Assembly (NCBI GenBank): GCA_965248195.1
Contig: CBDFIQ010000002.1
Location: 1,472,001-1,536,000, forward strand
DNA from: Longimicrobiales bacterium
GTDB lineage: Bacteria; Gemmatimonadota; Gemmatimonadetes; Longimicrobiales; Gaopeijiaceae
Length of the DNA: 64,000 nt
Direction: 5' to 3'
The notes beneath the pieces were generated by a model that was not told the DNA's origin, ran no database searches, and was given only the letters and a program-made list of their open reading frames with translations. Positions within the stretch are counted from its first letter, which is position 1; every line of letters begins with the position of its first letter. The translations under genes and the position numbers were made by a program. Positions 30,222 through 40,366 of this stretch are shown one piece after another.

Positions 30222-30728
30222 CTACTGGTGTTCCGCGGGTTCGACGTCCACATGCCATTCGACGGCTGCGGTCGCTGGCGCGAAACAGACCCTGTCGTCA
30301 CATGCCTGGTATAACAAGCTCCCGGGCACGACCATCTCGCCAGGTGACACATCTGCGGCCAGCGCCAGGCGCACCTCGATCATAAACTCGTGCTCGAAGA
30401 CCGCCAGCGGCTCTTCCCATCCCGCCAGGAGGAAATCCGTGGACGCTGGATAGGTGATCTCCTCCACCGTGACTCCCTCGGGCAGCGTGAAGGTGAGCAG
30501 TGTCGGAATGACGAAGGGGTCCCGCGGCTCGTCCGACTGCACGTGAATGTTCTCTGGGAGCTCGACCCTCAGCTCGATCGTCACGGTCTGGCCAGGCTGG
30601 ATCGCCTGCTGCTCGACCGTGGGCGTCAGCTCCGCGGTCGGTTGGCGGAACTGCGCGCTGGTTGGTACCCCGCCCAGTACGAGCCCGGCAACCAGAAAGC
30701 CAAGGAGAACGACAACGGTGCGTGTCAC
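30222..30728 (-). CDS. stand-alone DsbD N-terminal (alpha) domain protein
   Basis: Signal peptide, YQACDDRVCFAP motif. The start is refined to the GTG at 30728. Confidence 0.8.
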   Translation of the reverse strand: MTRTVVVLLGFLVAGLVLGGVPTSAQFRQPTAELTPTVEQQAIQPGQTVTIELRVELPENIHVQSDEPRDPFVIPTLLTFTLPEGVTVEEITYPASTDFLLAGWEEPLAVFEHEFMIEVRLALAADVSPGEMVVPGSLLYQACDDRVCFAPATAAVEWHVDVEPAEHQ

Positions 30729-30918
30729 GACCCTTTCTTCGACCCCCTCCCCAGAAACAAGAGTCCCGTAAGAGCCAAAGAGAACCGCAGCTTGCTCGAG
30801 CGTCAAGTTACCGATGACATGCTCACCGGGCGGGCCTCCGGTGGGTTCAGGAGCGATGCCTCGGTCCACATCGCGGCCCAAAACAAGGTCCCACGTGGAC
30901 CGCTCAGGCGGGGCCGAT

Positions 30919-31335
30919 TCAGAGATCGACCGAAATCGCCAACTCGTACTGGCAGGATGGGCAGGAAGTCGCGTGCGGATGACGGAGACGGGCCGGGCGA
31001 GAGAGTGTGATGCCCTCTCCGCACCGGGGGCAGGCGCCCTCCAGGAAGTGAAGCGTGTGTTCCTCGGCCCAGCGTCGGTGGGCCGTCAAGAGGCCTATCC
31101 CGAGCGCTCCGAGAGCCCACGGCGCGTGGGGCGGCACCAACGCGGCGAGCGGAGCGGCGATCAAACCCGCGGCTAGTGCCGTCGCCGCGCGCCGCCCCCT
31201 CCACCCCCTACTCCGCGCCTCGATTCGAGCGTTGGCGGAGACGCCGTCGAATCCGAAGAGCGTGATTTGCGCCGGGACCGAAACTCCGGCGGGCGAGGAT
31301 TCGTCTGACAGCTCCGGTGTCTCAGGCATGGTCAT
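30919..31335 (-). CDS. hypothetical membrane protein with C-terminal zinc ribbon
   Basis: TM hairpin (PPHAPW) followed by CPRC...CPSC. Confidence 0.65.
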   Translation of the reverse strand: MTMPETPELSDESSPAGVSVPAQITLFGFDGVSANARIEARSRGWRGRRAATALAAGLIAAPLAALVPPHAPWALGALGIGLLTAHRRWAEEHTLHFLEGACPRCGEGITLSRPARLRHPHATSCPSCQYELAISVDL

Positions 31336-32519
31336 CCCCGGGCGCGGGAAAAATCTCGGAGCCGGTTTCCCGCCTCTTCCAGGGTCTCCAGCCGTTTGCA
31401 GAACGCGAAGCGGACGAAGGATCGTCCCAGTTCTGGAGGCGAGTAGAAACTGGACCCCGGCACCGGTGAGACCCGGGCGTCTCTTGCCAGTTGCCTGGAA
31501 AAAATATCATCCGGTTCGTCACTGAGCCCGGAGAAGTCGGCGAGAATGTAGTAGGCCCCCTGGGGCTTCTCACAGCGAAATCCGGCGTCCACGAGCGCGC
31601 TGTGCAGCACCTCACGGCGTGCCCGGTACTCCTGCACCATGCTGGAGTAATACTCCGGGCCCAGGGACTCTAATCCAGCGGCGCAGGCTTCCTGAAGCGG
31701 GGCCGGGGCACCCACGGTGAGGAAGTCATGAACCTTCCGAATGGCCCCGGTCAGATCCGGCGGTGCGATGATCGTGCCGACCCTCCAGCCGGTGATGCCG
31801 AACGTCTTCGAGAGCCCGCTTATCGTGATCGTGCGATCGCGCATTCCGGCCAAGGTTGCGATCGGAATGTGCTCCCCCTCGTAATAGATGTGCTCATAGA
31901 TCTCATCGGTGATGGCGAGGAGGTCGTGCTCGAGACAAAGGGCCGCGATCGCCTTCAACTCGGATCGATCGAGGACCCGCCCCGTCGGGTTGTTCGGAGT
32001 GTTGACGACGATGGCCCGTGTACGGTCCGTGACCAGAGAGGCCAACCGATCGGCGTCGAGACGGTACTCGGGAGGCGCGAGCGGCAGGAAGACGGGTTGG
32101 GCCCCGCTGAGTACGGCGTCGGGACCGTAGTTCTCGTAGAACGGCTGTAGGATGATCACCTCGTCCCCGGGGTTGATGACCGCCAGCATGACGGCGGCCA
32201 TCGCTTCCGTCGCACCGCACGTGACGGTGATCTCCTGATCACCCTCCACCTCCATGCCGTACCACTCCCGATACTTGGTTACGAGTGCCTCGCGCAGACG
32301 GCGTGATCCCCACGTGATGGCATATTGATTACGATTGCAGCGAATCGCCTCGCAGGCCGCCTCCTTGAGCAGTTCGGGAGCCGGAAAATCCGGAAAACCC
32401 TGAGCGAGATTGATGGCGTCGTACTCTCGAGTCACCCTGGTCATCTCACGAATGACCGACTCCGTGAACTCGTGGGTCCGTCGGGCAGTCCTTGTGGCGG
32501 GCATGGGGTTCGTTTTCAT
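31332..32519 (-). CDS. PLP-dependent aminotransferase class I/II (YbdL-like)
   Basis: INLAQGFPDF, NTPNNPTG, DEIYEH, SKTFGITGWRVG (PLP Lys) and RFAFCK. Confidence 0.92.
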   Translation of the reverse strand: MKTNPMPATRTARRTHEFTESVIREMTRVTREYDAINLAQGFPDFPAPELLKEAACEAIRCNRNQYAITWGSRRLREALVTKYREWYGMEVEGDQEITVTCGATEAMAAVMLAVINPGDEVIILQPFYENYGPDAVLSGAQPVFLPLAPPEYRLDADRLASLVTDRTRAIVVNTPNNPTGRVLDRSELKAIAALCLEHDLLAITDEIYEHIYYEGEHIPIATLAGMRDRTITISGLSKTFGITGWRVGTIIAPPDLTGAIRKVHDFLTVGAPAPLQEACAAGLESLGPEYYSSMVQEYRARREVLHSALVDAGFRCEKPQGAYYILADFSGLSDEPDDIFSRQLARDARVSPVPGSSFYSPPELGRSFVRFAFCKRLETLEEAGNRLRDFSRARG

Positions 32520-32796
32520 GTAGTATGGTCCGGGTCCGGGGCCACCGTGGAACGGGGCTCGCACCCTTTTGTGGGTTCGTGGTCGGCCAAGGTTAGGATC
32601 TCAGCCGCTTCCAGGGCAAGATCGACACCTACTCGGGCTTCGGACTCGGGCTCGCGCCCGCTGCTCCGGCTGTGGCTACGATTTTCTGGTGGCGTTCTGT
32701 CGTTGATCCAGTTGGATCATTGATTGTTCAGCTCTCCGGAGATAGCCTCACATGTGAGCTTAGGTGATCAGTCCGGGAAACTGACGGGAGGATGCC

Positions 32797-33399
32797 ATGT
32801 CTTGGGCGATTTCTGGGCAGAGTATGGAGATGTGTAACTGTAAGATGTTGTGCCCCTGCTGGCTCGGGCCGGAGGTCGAGCCTGACGAAGGATGGTGCGG
32901 CGGCGCGTTCGGCTTCGATATTCAAACCGGGAATTCCGACGGCATCGACTTGAGCGGAACCGTCGTAGCGTTTGTAGGCGAGTGGCCGGGCAATTTTTTT
33001 GAAGGCAAAGGTTCGGCACGTCTCTACCTCGACCAGAACGCGTCGGCGGAGCAACGTGCTGCATTAGAGAAGATTTTTAATGGTAGCGACGGCGGCCCCT
33101 TGGAGCCGCTCTTCGGCGCCGTCATTGATAAGTGGTTACCGTCTCAGGTCGTCCAGCTCGATATCGATTGGGGTGAAGCTCCTTCTCTAGGCGTTGGGGA
33201 TATCGGGAAAGCAACGTTGAAACGACTAAAAGACGGTACTGGAAAATCGACCAAGGTAACCGGTGCAGCCGCCCAGGCCGGCTTTCAGTTCGCCAGCATG
33301 GATCTGGCCAGTAGCGGTGGTAGTCATTGGTCGGATCCCGATCTCCAGGACTGGGAAGGCAATTCCGGGACGCTCCACGAATTCAACTGGAGTAGCTGA
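32797..33399 (+). CDS. DUF1326 family Cys-rich protein
   Basis: EMCNCKMLCPC motif, GIDLSG, A..EQRAALEKIF; GGAGG RBS. Confidence 0.8.
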   Translation: MSWAISGQSMEMCNCKMLCPCWLGPEVEPDEGWCGGAFGFDIQTGNSDGIDLSGTVVAFVGEWPGNFFEGKGSARLYLDQNASAEQRAALEKIFNGSDGGPLEPLFGAVIDKWLPSQVVQLDIDWGEAPSLGVGDIGKATLKRLKDGTGKSTKVTGAAAQAGFQFASMDLASSGGSHWSDPDLQDWEGNSGTLHEFNWSS

Positions 33400-33459
33400 C
33401 TCCAGAGAACAGCAGTAGCCGCATCGGGAACGAAAGGTTCGTAACTTCACGGCATCTTC

Positions 33460-34257
33460 ATGAACGCGGTAGCAGCCACATTTGATAGACTCCTGAGGAA
33501 CGAGCGCGCGGTCGTAGCTGCCGGACTCGTTGGAGTTATTTCACTATCGTGGCTCTATGTCCTGACTGGTGCTGGCATGGAAATGCCCAGTATGACGAGC
33601 GCCGTGGGCATGGTGGGAATTCAGACCGCTTGGAGCACGAGTTACTTCGTGCTCATGCTTTCGATGTGGTGGGTGATGATGCTCGCGATGATGTTGCCGA
33701 GTGCGGCCCCCATGATTCTGCTTCATTCCACCGTGAACCGTAGCCACCGGGAGCGAGGAAACGCCTTTGTGCCGACAGGTATCTTCGCTGCCGGTTATGT
33801 TGCTGTATGGGGTGTATTCAGTTTACTCGCCACGATCCTGCAGTGGGTATTAAAAGAAGCAGCCTTGCTTTCGCCGATGATGGCGAGCACTAGTATTTGG
33901 TTCGGTGCAGGCCTTCTGATAGCGGCAGGTATCTATCAATTCACGCCTCTGAAACAGGTTTGCCTCAAGCACTGCCAGTCCCCACTTACCTTTTTATTGA
34001 ATCATTGGCGCCCGGGCCGACAGGGCGCCCTCATTATGGGTCTGGAACACGGAGTTTACTGCCTTGGGTGCTGCTGGATGCTGATGGGGTTGTTGTTCTT
34101 GGGCGGGGTGATGAACCTGTTCTGGATCGCCGGATTGGCAGTTTTCGTTTTGATTGAGAAAATTCCAGCGGTCGGTGCTTGGATCCCTCGGATCAGCGGG
34201 GCGCTCTTGATTGTTTGGGGAGCGGGTCTTGCCTTGTCGCAGTTCGGCATCAGTTAG
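33460..34257 (+). CDS. DUF2182 predicted metal-binding membrane protein
   Basis: MWWVMMLAMMLPSAAP, YQFTPLKQVCLKHC and GVYCLGCCWMLM..GGVMN motifs. Confidence 0.88.
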   Translation: MNAVAATFDRLLRNERAVVAAGLVGVISLSWLYVLTGAGMEMPSMTSAVGMVGIQTAWSTSYFVLMLSMWWVMMLAMMLPSAAPMILLHSTVNRSHRERGNAFVPTGIFAAGYVAVWGVFSLLATILQWVLKEAALLSPMMASTSIWFGAGLLIAAGIYQFTPLKQVCLKHCQSPLTFLLNHWRPGRQGALIMGLEHGVYCLGCCWMLMGLLFLGGVMNLFWIAGLAVFVLIEKIPAVGAWIPRISGALLIVWGAGLALSQFGIS

Positions 34258-34270
34258 CGCGCCAAACTTG

Positions 34271-34924
34271 GTGCCGAGGAATTCGCCCCCGCTGCCTCCG
34301 ACCCGTTCGGGTTTCCCACCGGCGGCCTCCGCGGGGCTCGCCGCGGCAGCTCTCGCGGTCATGCTGGTGGGGTCACTTCTGATCCCGGGCCGGGGCGGCG
34401 CACAGATTTCCCCCCTGCATTGGGAAGTGAGCGGAGGGGCTTGGATTCCCAACGCCGATCTCGTCGGGGCTCCAGGCTTCGAGGGAACTGCATCCGCCGA
34501 CGCCAGCTTCGGCGTTCACTTCGTGCTGAGGAGTGGCCTGATCAGCTACGTGATCGGATTCAGTGAACACCGCTTCGGCTGCGCGGCCGGCCAATGCGGT
34601 GAGGCCGTGGACTTCGTATCCACGGCCTGGGATCTAGGTATACGTGTAAACCTCCGCGCAGCCGGGATCGTGCCGTGGGTGAGCCTGGGTACGAGCGCGG
34701 CTCTTTTCGACGCTCGTGTCGACACCGGGAGCGGCGTCCAGCGGGAGGGCTCCGACCGAGGCTGGGGCTACGAGGCGGGGGCCGGGTTTCTGATTCCGAT
34801 CGGGGGGCCGTTCGCGCTCAACCCGGGCGTACGCTACGGGCGAGGCGATGTCGATTTCGCTTCTCGGGGCACGTTGGAGACGCGATATATCATCACGGAC
34901 GTAGGCCTCGTCCTCGTCTTTTGA
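34271..34924 (+). CDS. outer-membrane beta-barrel protein (OmpA/Ail-like, 8-stranded); start uncertain
   Basis: Signal peptide, alternating beta strands (WGYEAGAGF, LNPGVRY), terminal Phe. Confidence 0.7.
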   Translation: MPRNSPPLPPTRSGFPPAASAGLAAAALAVMLVGSLLIPGRGGAQISPLHWEVSGGAWIPNADLVGAPGFEGTASADASFGVHFVLRSGLISYVIGFSEHRFGCAAGQCGEAVDFVSTAWDLGIRVNLRAAGIVPWVSLGTSAALFDARVDTGSGVQREGSDRGWGYEAGAGFLIPIGGPFALNPGVRYGRGDVDFASRGTLETRYIITDVGLVLVF

Positions 34925-34965
34925 ACCGTTACTCCGCCGCTTCTTCGAGGAGCAAGACGCGCGAT

Positions 34966-37900
34966 ATGAAGCCAAGATCCACCCCCGGTGTGCTCCTCCC
35001 TCTCCTCGCGCTGTTCGTGTTCCTGACGCCGGTCGCCGAGCCGGCGCTGGCACAGGTGAGCGCCGACCGGTTCGCGGGGATGCCCGCACGGAGCATCGGC
35101 CCGGCCGGTGCCACGGGGCGGATATCCGCGATCGACGCGGTCGTGGCGGATCCGAATGTCGTATATGTCGGGGCAGCCTCCGGTGGGGTCTGGAAGTCCG
35201 TGAATGGAGGCCAAACATGGCGAGCTGTGTTCGACGACCAGCCCGTGTCCTCCATCGCCTCGATTGTACTCAATCAAGCCAACCCCAGCATGGTGTGGGT
35301 GGGGATCGGGGAGGGGAACGGCGCGGGGGATACGGCCGTGGCCGGCGTGTACCGGTCGCTCGATGGCGGTGATACGTGGGCCGCTGGAGGGCTTCTCGGA
35401 ATCGAGGGGGTCCATCGGATTCTGTTGCACCCGTCAATCCCGGAGATCGTGTATGCGGGTGTCTCGGGTTTGAAATGGGAAGACGGAGAGGCCCGGGGGG
35501 TCTATAAGACCACGGATGGCGGGCAGACATGGAACCGCGTGCTTTTCGTGGACGAAAGAACCGGTGTCTCGGACCTGGTCATGGATCCGACCGATCCGGA
35601 CCGCCTTCTCGCGGCCATGTGGTCCACCCGAGGGTATCCATGGTCCGTCGAGACGAGGGGCCCGGGTAGCGTTCTCTTCCTGACGCGGGATGGCGGGGAG
35701 AGTTGGATCCGCCTGGCGGGGGTAGACGGGCTCCCCCCGGGAGACCTGGGCCGGATCGCGTTGGATGTCTTCCGTGCCGACCCGAGGGTCGTCTATGCTC
35801 TCGTGGACGCCGGCGAGGGTGTGCTCCTTCGTTCAGACAATCGAGGGCGCACGTGGCGCACGGTGAGGCGGAGTCCCGACCTGATGTCGCCACTGGATGA
35901 TCCGAGTGACATCGTGGCCGATCCCCTGAACGAGTCGAGGCTGTATTACCTCTCGTCTCGCCTCTCCGTGAGCGAGGACGGTGGAGAGAACTTCCTGAAT
36001 GATGGGTCCGGGTCCGGGTCCGGCCCCGGCTATCGAGTCCTGTGGATCCACCCCGAAGATCCGCGGTTGTTGTACGCAGGCACGGACCATGGCCTGTACG
36101 TGTCACGGGACGGCGGGGAGCAATGGGGTCCGATGGGCGGCCTCCCGCTGGGCCGGTTCAACCATGTCACGGTCGATATGGAGATCCCCTTCAACGTCTA
36201 TGGAGGATTAGAGCGCCAAGGGTCGTGGGTGGGACCAGCGTACGGGTGGGCGGCGGGTGGCGCCCGAAACCGTGACTGGATGGAGCTCGGGTCGGATGAC
36301 GGCTTTGCGGTCCTGGTCGATCCGACCGGGGCGAGCCGTGGATACGCCGTGGGCCGGAGCGGCGAGCTCATTCGCTTCAACCTGGAAACCGGCGAGCGGA
36401 AGCCGCTTCGACCGTGGGCTCCGGACTTCGCCGAGCTCCGCTTTAATCGGGACGCACCGATCGCGCTCGATCCACAGGATCCTGAAGGCATCTACTTTGG
36501 GAGTCAGTTCGTCCACAAGAGCGGGAATCGGGGTGGCACCTGGCAGATCATCAGCGGTGACCTGACTGCCAACGATCCGGCGAGACGACGTGAGGACCGG
36601 GAGAACGCCGCGGACACCAACGGATTTGGAACGGACGCAGGGACGGTGGACGGTCCCGAGGACGAGGGCGGCGCCACGCTCACGGTCATCGCGCCGAGTC
36701 CGGTCGACCGAGACGTGATCTGGGTCGGCACGGACGAGGGCGATGTTCAGCTGACCCAATCGGCTGGTGGGGAGTGGGAGAGCGTGCGGCGCCGAATCGA
36801 TCCCGTTCCGGACAGCGCTTGGGTCGCCCACATCGAGCCCTCCGTTTTCCGGCCGGGGTCGGCCTATGTGGCTTTCGACGCTCATCGAACGGGGAATCGG
36901 GAGCCGCTCATTTTTTGGACCGACAACTACGGCCGTGACTGGAGGAGGATCACCGGCACAGGGGACATCGAGGGAGTCGTCCATACCGTCGTGCAGGACC
37001 CGATCGTGGAGAGTCTGCTTTTCGCCGGGACGGAGGTGGGGTTGTACGTATCTCTGAATCGTGGCGAGGACTGGCTTAAATGGACTCACGGACTGCCGCC
37101 GGTGCCCGTGCAGGATCTCGTCCTGCATCCGCGTGATCACGATCTGGTGATCGCGACCCACGGGCGAGCCGCATACGTGCTGGACGACGTGCGGCCTCTC
37201 CGGGAGCTCGCCAGGAATCTGAGAAGAGACGAGCTCGAGCTTTTCCTCTTTGAGCCGCCGCCTGCGTTCATCCGCGGCACCCCGGCGTCGGATCGAGATG
37301 GCCGCTCGGCGGTGGATGCTGCTCCTCGGGGCCAGGACCGGCCCCCCGGGGTTCTCTTGACGTACTGGCTGGGTGCAAGCCCGAGCCAGGGTGGTGACGA
37401 CGTGGACGACAGCCAGGATCGAGTCGGCGACGCCGGTGAGGGGCGCCGCGCCGTCACGGTCGAGATTCTGGACTTCGAGGGACAGGTGGTGCGGACCTTC
37501 TCCGGCCCCGCGGCGCCAGGGGTGAATCGAATCGCCTGGGACCTCCGTGAGGACCCACCGACCCCCAGTGGGCCGCTGGGGGAGTTTTCCGACGCGGTGA
37601 TCGGGGCCGATGACGCTGGGGTTCGTTCAGCGGACGTGTTGCCCGGCTCGTTCATGGTTCGAATCTCGAGCGAGGGCGCCGAGAGCGTTCAGAGCCTGGA
37701 AGTCCGGGCGGATGTCAGGGTGGACATCGATTTGGTGGTGCGGATCGCAAAGTATCAGGCGGTGAAACGTGGCTTGGTGCTCGACGCGAGACTGAGGGCG
37801 CTCCGGGCGGCGATCGCCAGTGTCCATGACGAGCTCCAAAGAGTGAGCGACTCGGTGGGCGCCCGAGGTTTTGCAGGGGATGTGGAACTGCTCGAAACCA

Positions 37901-38160
37901 GCCAGAGCCTGGGTGACGAGCTGAGAGAGTTGGCCGATTTTCGGGGCGTGATGAGATATCGTCCCGGAGTTCTCGGACTCGCCTCGTCCTACGACGCTCC
38001 GACCGAGGGACAGCGCCTCGATCTGATCCGCATGGAGGAGGAACTCGATGGACTCATGCGGAGGATCGGTGATTTCTTGATTCTGGACATCAACCGTTTC
38101 GCTCGCAGGGTGTACGCGGCCGGTCTGGAGGTATCCTTCTTCATCGGGCCTATCGGTTAA
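34966..38160 (+). CDS. VPS10/BNR-repeat beta-propeller protein (glycosyl-hydrolase-like), exported
   Basis: Signal peptide, RSIGPA..GRI, many S/TxDGGxTW Asp-boxes, DLVIATHGR and WDLR. Confidence 0.85.
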   Translation: MKPRSTPGVLLPLLALFVFLTPVAEPALAQVSADRFAGMPARSIGPAGATGRISAIDAVVADPNVVYVGAASGGVWKSVNGGQTWRAVFDDQPVSSIASIVLNQANPSMVWVGIGEGNGAGDTAVAGVYRSLDGGDTWAAGGLLGIEGVHRILLHPSIPEIVYAGVSGLKWEDGEARGVYKTTDGGQTWNRVLFVDERTGVSDLVMDPTDPDRLLAAMWSTRGYPWSVETRGPGSVLFLTRDGGESWIRLAGVDGLPPGDLGRIALDVFRADPRVVYALVDAGEGVLLRSDNRGRTWRTVRRSPDLMSPLDDPSDIVADPLNESRLYYLSSRLSVSEDGGENFLNDGSGSGSGPGYRVLWIHPEDPRLLYAGTDHGLYVSRDGGEQWGPMGGLPLGRFNHVTVDMEIPFNVYGGLERQGSWVGPAYGWAAGGARNRDWMELGSDDGFAVLVDPTGASRGYAVGRSGELIRFNLETGERKPLRPWAPDFAELRFNRDAPIALDPQDPEGIYFGSQFVHKSGNRGGTWQIISGDLTANDPARRREDRENAADTNGFGTDAGTVDGPEDEGGATLTVIAPSPVDRDVIWVGTDEGDVQLTQSAGGEWESVRRRIDPVPDSAWVAHIEPSVFRPGSAYVAFDAHRTGNREPLIFWTDNYGRDWRRITGTGDIEGVVHTVVQDPIVESLLFAGTEVGLYVSLNRGEDWLKWTHGLPPVPVQDLVLHPRDHDLVIATHGRAAYVLDDVRPLRELARNLRRDELELFLFEPPPAFIRGTPASDRDGRSAVDAAPRGQDRPPGVLLTYWLGASPSQGGDDVDDSQDRVGDAGEGRRAVTVEILDFEGQVVRTFSGPAAPGVNRIAWDLREDPPTPSGPLGEFSDAVIGADDAGVRSADVLPGSFMVRISSEGAESVQSLEVRADVRVDIDLVVRIAKYQAVKRGLVLDARLRALRAAIASVHDELQRVSDSVGARGFAGDVELLETSQSLGDELRELADFRGVMRYRPGVLGLASSYDAPTEGQRLDLIRMEEELDGLMRRIGDFLILDINRFARRVYAAGLEVSFFIGPIG

Positions 38161-38162
38161 TC

Positions 38163-39089
38163 GTGATGGTCCGGAAGCTTCTCCTTTGGGGCTCGGAGAA
38201 CGAGTTCTTGAGGGAGCACGTGGCACGCTTCGCGTTTGTGCAGCGGGCGGTACGGCGGTTCATGCCGGGGGAGACGTCCGAGGCCGCGATCGAAGAAGCG
38301 GTGAAGCTGAGAGCGTCACGAATCACCTCCGTCCTGGCGCTCCTGGGGGAAAACGTGACGGAAGCGGATGAAGCCGCCGATGTCACGCGACATTATCAGG
38401 GCGTGTTGGAGGCGATCGGCGACCGGGATCTGGAGGCCGAGATTTCCGTGAAGCTGACACAGCTCGGAGTCGACATCGGGCGCGACGTGGCAGCGGCCAA
38501 CCTGGAAAGCATCTTGGCCACCGCGGAGGAGCGCGGGCAATTCGTGTGGATCGACGTTGAGAGCAGCGGCTACGTCGACCGAACGCTGGACCTGTATCGG
38601 GCGGCGCGTTCGCGACATCCCAACACCGGCATCTGTCTCCAGTCCTACCTCTATCGGACGGCCGGGGATCTCGCGGCGTTGCTTCCGATCAACCCTTCGA
38701 TCCGGCTCGTGAAGGGTGCATACGCCGAGCCCGAGAAGGTCGCCTACCCCCGGAAGAAAGATGTCGACCGGAACTACTTCGAGCTGGCGAGGACACTTCT
38801 CGACGCGGTGCGCGGGGGTGGGGTGCGTGCCGCGTTCGCGACGCACGACGTGCGGCTGATTCGGGACATCGAGGACGAGGCGGCTCAGCGTGGGATCGCG
38901 CGTGGCGATCTGGAGTTCCAGATGTTGTACGGTATTGAGACGGCCAAACAGAAGGCATTGGCCGCGAAGGGCTACAGGGTCGAAGTGTTGATCAGCTACG
39001 GGACCGCCTGGTTCCCGTGGTATATGAGGCGTCTGGCCGAGAGACCCGCCAACCTTTGGTTCGTAGTGAGAAAGATGGCGTCCCGCTGA
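38163..39089 (+). CDS. monofunctional proline dehydrogenase
   Basis: RRFMPGE, SVKLTQLG, IRLVKGAY, FATHD, EFQMLYG and YMRRLAERP. Confidence 0.92.
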   Translation: MMVRKLLLWGSENEFLREHVARFAFVQRAVRRFMPGETSEAAIEEAVKLRASRITSVLALLGENVTEADEAADVTRHYQGVLEAIGDRDLEAEISVKLTQLGVDIGRDVAAANLESILATAEERGQFVWIDVESSGYVDRTLDLYRAARSRHPNTGICLQSYLYRTAGDLAALLPINPSIRLVKGAYAEPEKVAYPRKKDVDRNYFELARTLLDAVRGGGVRAAFATHDVRLIRDIEDEAAQRGIARGDLEFQMLYGIETAKQKALAAKGYRVEVLISYGTAWFPWYMRRLAERPANLWFVVRKMASR

Positions 39090-40366
39090 ACGGCGTCGGC
39101 GTCGGGGACGGCGACCCGAGGTGCTGGCGTGCTCTGGCCCTCGTCTCCCTGGCGGTCCTTCTCGGGATGTCCGTCTGGTTCACCGCGAGTGCCGTGGCTC
39201 CGGAACTGGAACGCCGTTGGGACCTGAGCTCCAATCAGGTGGCGTGGCTCACGACACTCGTCCAGTTGGGCTTCGTGGCCGGCACCATCCTGGCGGCGGT
39301 GATGAACCTGGCGGACGTCGTTCCGTCGAGGATCTATTTTTCGATATCGGCGGTTTTGGCGGCTGCCGTGAACGCGCTGCTCGTAGGCGTGTCGGCGTAT
39401 GAGAGCGCCCTGATCCTACGGTTCCTCACGGGATTCTTCTTGGCGGGTGTCTACCCGCCGGCCATGAAGATGATGGCCACGTGGTTCCGCTCGGCGCGGG
39501 GACTTGCGATCGGCACCGTCGTGGGGGCGCTCACGGTGGGGAAGGCGACCCCCTATCTCTTCAAGCTGTTGGGTGGTGCTCCGGTGTCCGCGGTGGTGTG
39601 GGGCGCGTCGGGAGGCGCCGCGCTCGGCGGGCTCCTGGTCGCGGTCGCGTATAGAGAGGGTCCCCACCCCTTCCGACGGGCGCCCTTCTCATGGGGACTG
39701 GTGGCCGAGGTGGTGCGGCACAGGCCTACCCGCCTCGCCACGTACGGGTACCTCGGGCACATGTGGGAACTCTACGCGATGTGGACCTGGGTACCGGCCT
39801 TCCTGGCGGCGAGCGCCGGGGCGAGGGCAGCGAGTGCGGGGGTAGCGGCGGCGGGGGTAGCGGGGGCGATGGGAGCCGCCGGTGTGGACGCTGGCTCCCT
39901 CACAACCCGCTCGGTGGACCTGGCCTCCTTTTCCGCGATCGCGGTGGGCGGGATCGGGTGCGTCTGGGGTGGGTGGATGGCGGATCGAATCGGGAGGGGG
40001 CGCTTCGTCAACTTGGCCATGGCGGTGAGCGGGGCGTGTTCCCTGGCCGTGGGCGCCTTTTTCGGGCAGAGCTTCTGGATATTGCTCCCCTTGGTGCTCG
40101 TATGGGGTCTTTTCGTCGTCGCCGATTCGGCGCAATTCAGTGCCATGGTCACCGAGGTCGCCCCTCAACAGGGTGTCGGCACGGCATTGACGCTCCAGAC
40201 CTCGGTCGGGTTTCTGCTCACGATGGTGACCATCCAGGGGGTTCCGGTGCTGCAGGAGTCGTTCGGCTGGGGCTTGGCATTTCCGGTCCTCGCACTCGGT
40301 CCGATTCTCGGGATCGCCGCGATTCGAAAGTTCGACCATGGGGCCGGAACCGGCTCGCCAAGCTAG
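39017..40366 (+). CDS. MFS transporter (start uncertain, probably nearer 39090)
   Basis: VQLGF, RFLTGFFLAGVYPPAMK, GHMWELYAMW and ADSAQFS motifs, about 12 TM helices. Confidence 0.88.
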   Translation: MVYEASGRETRQPLVRSEKDGVPLNGVGVGDGDPRCWRALALVSLAVLLGMSVWFTASAVAPELERRWDLSSNQVAWLTTLVQLGFVAGTILAAVMNLADVVPSRIYFSISAVLAAAVNALLVGVSAYESALILRFLTGFFLAGVYPPAMKMMATWFRSARGLAIGTVVGALTVGKATPYLFKLLGGAPVSAVVWGASGGAALGGLLVAVAYREGPHPFRRAPFSWGLVAEVVRHRPTRLATYGYLGHMWELYAMWTWVPAFLAASAGARAASAGVAAAGVAGAMGAAGVDAGSLTTRSVDLASFSAIAVGGIGCVWGGWMADRIGRGRFVNLAMAVSGACSLAVGAFFGQSFWILLPLVLVWGLFVVADSAQFSAMVTEVAPQQGVGTALTLQTSVGFLLTMVTIQGVPVLQESFGWGLAFPVLALGPILGIAAIRKFDHGAGTGSPS

